Of a stretch of DNA of 64,000 nt, positions 20,847 to 28,845 are shown one piece after another; the first letter of the stretch is position 1; every line of letters starts with the position of its first letter. Origin of the DNA: Candidatus Poribacteria bacterium (GTDB taxonomy: Bacteria; Poribacteria; WGA-4E; WGA-3G); assembly GCA_965214095.1 (NCBI GenBank), contig OZ243938.1:4768001-4832000 (forward strand), written 5' to 3'. The notes beneath the pieces were generated by a model. The model saw only the letters and a program-made list of their open reading frames with translations, made no database searches and was not told where the DNA came from. A program made the position numbers and the translations under genes.

Positions 20847-21197
20847 ATGATCATCAAAGTATCTAAGAAAGAAGAAATCGTTATCTTTAGACTGAAGGGA
20901 CGTTTTATCACACCGAATAACCGTAAGGTTTTGGAAACTGTGGAGCGAACTATCTGTGGACGCATACCCTATCCAAAACTTGTGTTTGATTTTAAAGAGG
21001 TTACGCTCATAGATTGCGCTGGACTCGGTACACTTATGAAAATATCTACCGACATCCTGCGACGTGGTGGGAGACTCGCAATAATTAATATGAACGAACA
21101 CATTAAAAAGATTACTGTTATGACTCATTTATCTACGGTTTTTGAATGCTTTAATTGCGAAAATGATGCTGTTACTACATTGTTAGAGCAGTCCTAA
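20847..21197 (+). CDS. STAS domain protein (anti-sigma factor antagonist)
   Basis: LVFDFKEVTLIDCAGLGTL; the usual phospho-acceptor DSS/DST reads DCA. Confidence 0.85.
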   Translation: MIIKVSKKEEIVIFRLKGRFITPNNRKVLETVERTICGRIPYPKLVFDFKEVTLIDCAGLGTLMKISTDILRRGGRLAIINMNEHIKKITVMTHLSTVFECFNCENDAVTTLLEQS

Positions 21198-21202
21198 CAT
21201 GA

Positions 21203-21360
21203 GTTTAAACCAGGATTTTCAGGATTCAAGGATTTTCAGGATAAGAGTTGTCACGCTGAAGTTCGCATCTAAAAGATGATACTTACCTCTTGAGTGGCAC
21301 TTAGAAACACCAAGGAGTTATCTTGGTCACCCTTGTATCCTGTCCATCCTGGTTCAGACA
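21203..21360. repeat. inverted-repeat element family B, copy 2
   Basis: AACCAGGATTTTCAGGATTCAAGGATTTTCAGGATAAGA...ATCCTGTCCATCCTGGTTCAGACA. Confidence 0.75.
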
Positions 21361-21384
21361 ATATAGGTGTATAGGAGTTTCCTA

Positions 21385-21816
21385 ATGAAAAATCAACTAA
21401 ATCTGCCACTCCTTTTTGTTGTTGTCGTCGTTATCGGATGCGGTAAACCCGTAGCACACTATGAAATAGATACTTTCTCTGCACCAGCAGTTGATAAGAT
21501 AGAAAGAGAACAAATCCGATTACAAGCACGCCAGCATGCAGCCGAAGATCACAAACAAAAACGCAAAAGCAAAAAACAGGACATCACTGTTCACCCACCC
21601 ATGACCCCTCCTTCTGGAGGAAGTATCAGAATTCCATCCCATAGATTAACAACATATAGTATAAAGAAAGACTCAGCGCGCGCTCTTATCTATTATAGGG
21701 AATATGCAACAGAAATCAGACGACTGGAAAAGTTCGCAACCCAACCGCGTGTTATAGCACTTGTATGCCTTGCGTGCCTTGCCATTGCCGCTATCATTGT
21801 ATCAGAAACTCGGTAA
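21385..21816 (+). CDS. hypothetical lipoprotein with C-terminal TM helix
   Basis: AGGAG RBS, lipobox-like VVIGC, hydrophobic C-terminus. Confidence 0.6.
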   Translation: MKNQLNLPLLFVVVVVIGCGKPVAHYEIDTFSAPAVDKIEREQIRLQARQHAAEDHKQKRKSKKQDITVHPPMTPPSGGSIRIPSHRLTTYSIKKDSARALIYYREYATEIRRLEKFATQPRVIALVCLACLAIAAIIVSETR

Positions 21817-21830
21817 TAAACCTGGACATC

Positions 21831-21895
21831 ACCATAGGTGTCAATTTAGGAGGAAGGACGCTATAATCCCAGGACGCTAAATTGATGCCTATGGT
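21831..21895. repeat. 19-bp inverted repeat (MITE-like)
   Basis: ACCATAGGTGTCAATTTAG...CTAAATTGATGCCTATGGT, 17/19 Watson-Crick pairs, the other two G-U compatible. Confidence 0.7.
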
Positions 21896-22068
21896 AAACC
21901 GCACTATCGCACCACGCAACCAGTAAGATATTTGGTTTACTTGTGCTCCTCTTCTTTTTAGATATGGGTAAGACCAGGACAATGATGGTCTTTGGCAAAT
22001 CCTTCATTTTTCTTGACATTTTACACTGAACATTGTAATATAAATCAACTCACCAAGGGAACAGAAAT

Positions 22069-22932
22069 GTGGATAATTTATTTGATCAATTCTATACGAA
22101 ACCTGAAGTCGCAGCTAATTGTTGGGAACACTTCCTTGAAGAACTTTCATCAGTAAACCGTTCTGTCAATGACATATTTTTTATTGAACCATCTGCAGGA
22201 ACTGGGACATTTTTTAAGCTCTTGCCTCCTCAGCAGCGATTGGGTATAGACATCAACCCAAAATGTATAGATGTAAATCAGCAAGACTTCTTTTCCATAA
22301 TTGATCTACCTAATTCTCCAGAAAACACTGCAATTATTGGGAATCCGCCATTCGGGAAACGTGGAAAGATGGCAATTGCTTTTTTCAATCATGCTGCTGT
22401 TTTAGCAGATATAGTTGCGTTTATCGTTCCTGTCAACTTTAGGAAATATATCGTGCATAAGCAACTTGATGAAAGTATGCGATTTATTAGTAGATTAGGA
22501 CTCCAAAGAGATGCTTTCTACCTTGATTCAGGTAAATCTTATTCTGTAAATACAGAATTTCAGATTTGGACACGTTTACCAAGCAACCATCAAGACATGA
22601 GACAATATACCTCTTTACCTATCAGGCATGATGATTTTCAGTTATGGCAATATAACAATACAGTTGATGCTCAAAAAGTATTTCAAAATAAGTTTGATTT
22701 CGCTGTTCCCTGTCAAGGTTGGCAAGATTATTCACGCAAAGAGACAGATGAGAAAAAATGTGAACGAAATAAACAGTGGATACTGATTAAAGCCAACAGT
22801 AGTGAAATATTATCTCGGTTAAAACAACTTGACTATGCTGGTTTAGCTAATGAATGTGGTACCGCAGTTCCAGGTTTTCGCAAAGGTGATCTTGTGAAAG
22901 AATATACAAAGCATTTTGATTATCAGTCTTAA
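22069..22932 (+). CDS. solitary SAM-dependent amino (N6A/N4C) DNA methyltransferase
   Basis: DQFYT, IEPSAGTGTF, IIGNPPFG. Confidence 0.8.
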   Translation: MDNLFDQFYTKPEVAANCWEHFLEELSSVNRSVNDIFFIEPSAGTGTFFKLLPPQQRLGIDINPKCIDVNQQDFFSIIDLPNSPENTAIIGNPPFGKRGKMAIAFFNHAAVLADIVAFIVPVNFRKYIVHKQLDESMRFISRLGLQRDAFYLDSGKSYSVNTEFQIWTRLPSNHQDMRQYTSLPIRHDDFQLWQYNNTVDAQKVFQNKFDFAVPCQGWQDYSRKETDEKKCERNKQWILIKANSSEILSRLKQLDYAGLANECGTAVPGFRKGDLVKEYTKHFDYQS

Positions 22933-23932
22933 CGGTAGGGTGATTTTGACTAAGACGCGACTTCAGAAAATTGCCAGATTTGTTATTCCGACTGTATTAG
23001 CAGTTATAATCTCATATTTCTTACTAAAAGAGATTGACCTAAGAAAGATACCAGAGACCCTCAGTGGAATACCAATTCATGCGTTAATAGTTGGGTTTAT
23101 ATGTTATTGTCTATTGGTGATTGCAAAGACGCTACGATTTAGAACTTTATTGGGTTTGAAGTCCAGTGTACTTCAAATATTTCCTATTCTGGCAATGCAC
23201 ACATTTTGGGGTAATATCCTCCCAATGCGGACAGGAGACATTTCCTATGTCTATCTAATGCAAAAGCGACAAAATGTAGATGCTACACAGGGAATTGCAT
23301 CACTCTTGATGGCAAGTCTTATTGATTTAGTGTTGTTAATAGCATTGATGGTTTTTTCTGCAACGCTCCTATTGCCAAAATTGAGTAATCAATTTACTTG
23401 GTCTGTGTTATTTTTGATGCCATTAATTGTGGGAATAGGTTTGTTGTTTGTAATGGTTTTGGCGTGTATAGCACCAGACTTCTGTACATCGGTAGCATTG
23501 AGATGTGCAAGACCACTATTGAAATTGGATAAGTCGTCAATTACATGGATTGTCAACAAATTACTCAGTATACTTGATCAGATAACGGCGTTCCGACTGA
23601 ACCTACAACTTTTGAAGGTGTGGGGTTATTCACTCCTATGTCTTACAATCCGTTTCGGATTTCAGTGTTATCTTGTTTCAAAGATGGGTGTGAGTATTCC
23701 CTTGTCGGAAGTGTTGTTTGCACTTGCATTTACTAACGGGTTCAATCTACTGCCAATACAAACAGTAGGTAACTTTGGAACAACCGAATTGCCATTTGCT
23801 TGGTTCTTAAACTATTTTGGCACTTCAATGGAAAATGCGATCGTTACAGGATTTAGCCTGCGTATCCTAATTCTCCTTTACTGTCTGCCATTAGGAGTAT
23901 ATGGATATTTAAGAAAACCTAAGGAGAATTAA
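22916..23932 (+). CDS. lysylphosphatidylglycerol synthase TM/flippase-like membrane protein
   Basis: Multi-TM, NILPMRTGD, LPIQTVGNFGTTE; start may be a few codons downstream. Confidence 0.8.
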   Translation: MIISLNGRVILTKTRLQKIARFVIPTVLAVIISYFLLKEIDLRKIPETLSGIPIHALIVGFICYCLLVIAKTLRFRTLLGLKSSVLQIFPILAMHTFWGNILPMRTGDISYVYLMQKRQNVDATQGIASLLMASLIDLVLLIALMVFSATLLLPKLSNQFTWSVLFLMPLIVGIGLLFVMVLACIAPDFCTSVALRCARPLLKLDKSSITWIVNKLLSILDQITAFRLNLQLLKVWGYSLLCLTIRFGFQCYLVSKMGVSIPLSEVLFALAFTNGFNLLPIQTVGNFGTTELPFAWFLNYFGTSMENAIVTGFSLRILILLYCLPLGVYGYLRKPKEN

Positions 23933-23933
23933 T

Positions 23934-24746
23934 ATGAGAATAATTGATCCGCATGTTCACGTGTGGAAAAACGACCCAAAGTTTCCGTGGGCACGGGAAA
24001 GAAATCATCCTGCTGATGATGCTACTCCAGAAATGTTGTTGGAACTAATGGAAGCAAACGGTGTTGAAAAGACTGTGCTTGTTCAGGTTATCCATTATCT
24101 GTGGGATAATAGTTTCGCTGCTGATGCGATGAAAAGATACCCAGACAAATTTATGGGTGTGTGTAGAATTAATCCTGAAGATTCGGATGCTCCTAATCAT
24201 CTAACTTACTGGACTGAGGAACATGGATTTCACGGTGTTCGTTTAAGTCCATCTGTTGGTGCTGATGGAGATTGGTTTAAAGGTCCATTGATGCCGCCTA
24301 TCTTCAGTCGTGCGGAGTCATTAGGTGTGCCGATGTTAATTCTAACGAGGGCAGAGAGATTGGTTGACTTGGTACCACTGTTAGAGCAGCATCCTGATCT
24401 TGATGTGGTGATTGACCACATGGCAGACTGTTCACCGGAGGAACCAGAGAAGCTGCAATTGTTGTTAGATTTAGCAAGATATCCTCGTGTTTATGTGAAG
24501 ATAAGTCATACTTGGTCTATTTCAAAAGCAAGTTATCCATGGACAGATACATACGAACAGGTGAAGAAAGTGTATCAAGCATTTGGCGCAGACCGTATTA
24601 TGTGGGGAACTGATTGGCCTGTCTGTTTAAGTCGTGCCACCTATTCAGAGACTTTGTCGGTTGTTCGTGATGAGATGGAATTCTTTACACCTGGCGATTT
24701 AGAATGGGTTTTAGGCAAAACAGCACTTAGTCTATGGCAATTTTAG
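23934..24746 (+). CDS. amidohydrolase 2 family (sugar-lactonase-like)
   Basis: IDPHVHVW, VVIDHMA, VYVKIS, RIMWGTDWP. Confidence 0.9.
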   Translation: MRIIDPHVHVWKNDPKFPWARERNHPADDATPEMLLELMEANGVEKTVLVQVIHYLWDNSFAADAMKRYPDKFMGVCRINPEDSDAPNHLTYWTEEHGFHGVRLSPSVGADGDWFKGPLMPPIFSRAESLGVPMLILTRAERLVDLVPLLEQHPDLDVVIDHMADCSPEEPEKLQLLLDLARYPRVYVKISHTWSISKASYPWTDTYEQVKKVYQAFGADRIMWGTDWPVCLSRATYSETLSVVRDEMEFFTPGDLEWVLGKTALSLWQF

Positions 24747-24757
24747 CGCAATAAAGA

Positions 24758-24818
24758 ACATAAGAATTACATTGACATAAGAATTACATTGACATAAGAA
24801 GAATTAAAATGTTAATAT
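24758..24818 (+). promoter_or_regulatory. 17-bp tandem repeat carrying a sigma70-like promoter
   Basis: ACATAAGAATTACATTG x2.5 (24758-24800); TTGACA 24789-24794, 18-nt spacer, TAATAT 24813-24818 preceded by TG. Confidence 0.5.
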
Positions 24819-24936
24819 TTAGACAAAATAAGTCTGAATCTGGTCACAACACGTTGTCAACAATAGAGGTTGATGTTAACACATATTCAATATACATAGC
24901 AAAAAATACAATCAGATTGTATTAAAGGGAACTAAA

Positions 24937-25992
24937 ATGAAACATCTGCTTTTGATGATATTATCTATCCAATTCATATTTCTACCCCTCGGTTTTGCAC
25001 AAGAGAGCTGAGGCGCGTGAAGTAATCCCACTATCCCTCAGGGAGGTGGAAGTGAAGTTAGTTTAACTTCAGAGAATAAGAGATTTCAAATTAGTCTTGG
25101 TACACGGACATTCAACGCCGAGGGTGGACATATTGAATACAATGGATTGTCTCAGGTTGGCAGCCTTCCTGAACAAGTTCCAGAACATAGACATGAAGTT
25201 AAGTTGAACGTTGTTCGGTTTGATATTGGGTTTAAATATCAAATCAGTAGACAGTTTCAGTTGGACGCAATGTTGCCTTATGAAATAAAAGATCAAGATG
25301 CAAATGTTGGTGGACTTGATAAAATAGATAATGAAGAGATGAGAAGAAAAATCTTACTCTATCAAGAAATCCATCATCGCGACGAAACATATCGCGGTTT
25401 TTCAGATATGGATCTTTTATTGGGTTATCAAAGACATGGGATCTTTCTGAATCATGACATGCTATCAGCAAAATTCGGCACAACAATCCCATTGGGAAAA
25501 ATTGAAGATAATCCGTGGACACTTGGAGAAATGGGGATGGAGCATCTCCATATTCAATTCGGTACTGGCACGTTTAATCCAATTGCAGATTTGCGCTACA
25601 GTTTTCCGATACTTAGTGGGTTGAGAGCGAATGCAAGTATCCGTGGTAAGTATCCTTTCTATGAGAATAGGAAAGAATATCTCGGTTCAAAGGACATTAC
25701 CTATACTGCAGGTCTGAATTATCGGGCTGCTGATTGGCTGTCGTTTCAGACAAGTTATCTTGGATTATATCAATCCTACGCGCATTGGGCAGGAGAAATA
25801 GATATCAATACGGGGCTGCGGTTTAGTATGGTATCATTCGGAACATCTATAGCCACTCCATACAATGTTCCTCTTTCTATAACGTTTATGCTGCCAATTC
25901 AACAGGAAACTCTATATGATGATAGTGCATCTGGGAACGATGCATTCAAGTTGGGATCGTTAGTATCCGTTAGGGCTTTGTATTCCTTTTGA
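24937..25992 (+). CDS. putative di-selenoprotein (UxxU) outer-membrane beta-barrel, 351 aa by readthrough
   Basis: AAGGGA RBS, ATG 24937, signal peptide MKHLLLMILSIQFIFLPLGFA, then QES-TGA(25009-11)-G-A-TGA(25018-20)-SNP, open in frame into ORF 25147..25992; QFGTGT motif, alternating beta-strand pattern, C-terminal YSF. Confidence 0.8.
25028..25071 (+). promoter_or_regulatory. candidate SECIS hairpins
   Basis: CCACT-A-TCCC-TCA-GGGA-GGTGG (25028-25049) and TGAAGTTA-GTT-TAACTTCA (25053-25071), directly after the two TGAs. Confidence 0.5.
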
Positions 25993-26092
25993 GTAGAATT
26001 CCGGGATTTGGTGAGCTGCGAAAATAGTCAGTTGGAGTTCCTCATCAAATAATTCATAGACAGGTGGTTTGCCGCTTAGTTCTTCGCTTTCG

Positions 26093-26332
26093 TTATTGTG
26101 TATCCTTAATTTTAACGATTAAGTATAAACTTGCAAAAATGAAGAATGTTCCTGTTAATAAATAACTACAACCCTTAATTTCATTTGTATAGTTCATAAA
26201 TGGATTACCAGCAAAAACATTCCATTCTCTATTATTTGGACTTTCGTATTCGTAAATTCCAGCAATTATGAATACGATACCCGCAATTATCAATAGTGCT
26301 AATATACTTTGTGAGAAAATTTTGTTGATCAT
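26093..26332 (-). CDS. small two-TM membrane protein
   Basis: Two hydrophobic segments, AGGA RBS. Confidence 0.55.
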   Translation of the reverse strand: MINKIFSQSILALLIIAGIVFIIAGIYEYESPNNREWNVFAGNPFMNYTNEIKGCSYLLTGTFFIFASLYLIVKIKDTQ

Positions 26333-26508
26333 AAGTGTTTCCTGATTTGAATGTTCATGGTCAAATAGTCATCTAAAATAGAAATATATTAGTTGTTAGA
26401 TCATTGCTGAGGGAAAGACACGCTTAGATGTCATACTTACCATGAAGATGTGATTTCAATTATGTGTCAAATTGCTTGTATTACCTAATTTCATGCTATT
26501 TTGGACTT

Positions 26509-27189
26509 TCATGCCAGCGTTTCAATCCATTCACTTAGTACACGCGCCATTTCAACAAAGACATCCTCGTCAGATTTACGCGAACGTTTTAGGGTTTTAA
26601 ATCCGTGGTCTGCGGTGTCCAACAAATGTAAGGTTGCTATGTCACCAAGATTTTCACAGACCGGTTCCAACAACTCCAATTTTGCCAACTTATCTCGTGT
26701 ACCAGAGAGAAATAACATCGGTATAGTTACATCCGCAAGGTGTTCTGCGCGTTCTATACCTTCTTTCCCAGATGGATGTAGTGGAAATGCGAAGAATACA
26801 AGACCCTTTACATTCTCAATCGGTTCCTTTGCAGCCGACATTGAGGACATTCGTCCGCTATAGGAGTGTCCACCGACAAGTATGAATAAGTCGCTTGCTG
26901 CCTCGTGTGCTGCTGCGGCAGCAGAGCGGACAGTTTGTAGTGCGACTGCCTCGGATTCTCTACCACCACCGCCACGTTCCATATATGGAAACTGATAACG
27001 GAACGTTGCGATATTTATATCTGCAAGTCTTTCTGCGATGGTCTGTAGCGTGGAAGAACGCATATTCGTTCCCGAGCCATGCCCAAGTACCAGAAGCCAT
27101 CTTGCGTTCTCTGGTTTGATAAGAAGTGAGGATACTTCTCCTTTTTCTGCGGTTGCGATAAACTTAGATTCTATTGCTTCATAATTCAT
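26509..27189 (-). CDS. alpha/beta hydrolase (KANL3/Tex30-like, dienelactone hydrolase-like)
   Basis: LGHGSG, GGHSYSGR nucleophile elbow, GTRD, ADHGF. Confidence 0.85.
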   Translation of the reverse strand: MNYEAIESKFIATAEKGEVSSLLIKPENARWLLVLGHGSGTNMRSSTLQTIAERLADINIATFRYQFPYMERGGGGRESEAVALQTVRSAAAAAHEAASDLFILVGGHSYSGRMSSMSAAKEPIENVKGLVFFAFPLHPSGKEGIERAEHLADVTIPMLFLSGTRDKLAKLELLEPVCENLGDIATLHLLDTADHGFKTLKRSRKSDEDVFVEMARVLSEWIETLA

Positions 27190-27231
27190 GTTTTCTCTCC
27201 TGTAATGCCATGCCTCATATAAATGTATAGA

Positions 27232-27792
27232 CTATTTTAGACACTGTTGTACGATTTCTTTATAAGTTTCTAACCCAGCAGTTTCTTGTCCTTTTACTTT
27301 AGCCTGATCGTCCCATCTGCGCAATGTCAATGCATCCTGATAGTGGGGAATATCTTCAAATTCATTGCATGCGTCGTCTGACATGATACCACCTTGCAGT
27401 TTCAGACTTCGTTTAGATGCATCCGATAGTCCATCATAATAAGATGCATCAACCGTGCATAAGTATCTTTTCGCAGGCACATGTAGACGAATCGGTGTTG
27501 TGACTGCCTCTGGGAAAAATGGTTGCAGATACTTTGCTCCAATCTCTTCATGGTTTAGATCTGTGTCCAGAAACGATACCTCCGCATTGTGTTCGTCCAT
27601 AACAAAATGCCCAATGTCGTGAAGGAGCGCGCTTGTAATCAGTGTCTTGCTTGCACTGTGCTGTATGGCAAGCGCAGCACACTGAAGTGCGTGTTCCAAC
27701 TGTGTAATTGCCTCATCGTAAAAAGTCTGTCCTTGATGTAGCATGTAGCTGAATAGTTCGTCAACCTTTTGTTGAGGGTTGGCATTACTCAT
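27232..27792 (-). CDS. phnZ: HD-domain di-iron oxygenase, PhnZ/TmpB-like
   Basis: TQLEHALQCA, ALLHDIGH, HEEIGA, LHVPAKRYL, SLKLQGG, LRRWDDQAK; overlaps the upstream dioxygenase. Confidence 0.8.
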   Translation of the reverse strand: MSNANPQQKVDELFSYMLHQGQTFYDEAITQLEHALQCAALAIQHSASKTLITSALLHDIGHFVMDEHNAEVSFLDTDLNHEEIGAKYLQPFFPEAVTTPIRLHVPAKRYLCTVDASYYDGLSDASKRSLKLQGGIMSDDACNEFEDIPHYQDALTLRRWDDQAKVKGQETAGLETYKEIVQQCLK

Positions 27793-28603
27793 CTTCTGAG
27801 TTAAGGTGTGGTCTATCAAATTCTGCATGTTTTATGGCTTTTCCTTGAAAATGTGCGATTTTACTTATTTGAGCATCTCGATTGGAACCGTCTTTTGCAT
27901 ATTGTGCAAAGGCTTTTCGTTTGTCTGCATAATACTTCTCACGCCAGTCACCTTGTGATTTTGCATTATAAGTAAGATAAATAATTCGTCTCGGTTCATG
28001 CGATAGGTTAAGTGGACTCTTGTGTGGGATATATGAACCGAAAAGTAGGATGTCTCCAGGTTCAGTTGGAACTGCAACCCAATTCATTGTTTTCGCAACA
28101 TTAGGGGAAATGCATCCTTGTTCATCAAGTGCGATGAAACCTTCCCGGTGTCTCCCAGGTGAAAAATAGAGACACCCACTTTCTGATGTAGCAACATCAA
28201 CTGAAATAAGACAAGTAACATGATAATCAATGAATTCATAAGCGGGTGCGTCTTGATGCGCTGCATACCCGCCTCCACCTGGGTACTTGTAGTTTATTTT
28301 TTCTTTATAAAGTATTGCCGGTTCAGACATCAATTCAGACACAACCTCAATGACTTTTCCGCTGGTTACGATGTTCTTTAAGTGAATATGGTAAGGAACG
28401 AAATTTTCTGAACGGGAGAGTCGTATTCCATCTTCAGTAGATTCGTGATGATGCATCCACTTGTCTTCTGTCGGTTGCCACGATGAGATTTCTGATACCC
28501 ATGTTTGAATTGATTTGACTTCCTTTTCGTTAAAGAATGCCGGTAGTTTTAGAAAACCGTTGAGTTGCCAATCATTGTGTTGTCTCAAATTTAGGTGTGC
28601 CAT
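27785..28603 (-). CDS. phnY: PhyH-family dioxygenase, PhnY-like phosphonate hydroxylase
   Basis: KEKINYKYPGGGGYAAHQD, PHKS..N..RRIIYLTYN, YYADKR; coupled to phnZ. Confidence 0.75.
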   Translation of the reverse strand: MAHLNLRQHNDWQLNGFLKLPAFFNEKEVKSIQTWVSEISSWQPTEDKWMHHHESTEDGIRLSRSENFVPYHIHLKNIVTSGKVIEVVSELMSEPAILYKEKINYKYPGGGGYAAHQDAPAYEFIDYHVTCLISVDVATSESGCLYFSPGRHREGFIALDEQGCISPNVAKTMNWVAVPTEPGDILLFGSYIPHKSPLNLSHEPRRIIYLTYNAKSQGDWREKYYADKRKAFAQYAKDGSNRDAQISKIAHFQGKAIKHAEFDRPHLNSEDE

Positions 28604-28690
28604 GATTCCATCCTTGAGGAAAACCTGATAATATTAATATAACTTGAATTTCTTATTTTGTCAAACAATAGTCTGTACTTTCTATCAACG

Positions 28691-28753
28691 GTAGGCGAGG
28701 TTTCCTAACCTCGTCTGATCAATGTGTAGAATTAATTGAATAATTTACCATAG
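28691..28753. repeat. GTAG-REP plus AT-rich TIR half-element
   Basis: GTAGGCGAGGTTTCCTAACCTCGTC...AATTAATTGAATAATTTACCATA; inverse of 20162-20223. Confidence 0.7.
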
Positions 28754-28845
28754 TTCTAAATGTGATTGAACACAAGACCTGAATATGTTAACATATAGAT
28801 AGTAAGGAGATTGTCTATATACAGAATCATATTCAGGAGAATACA

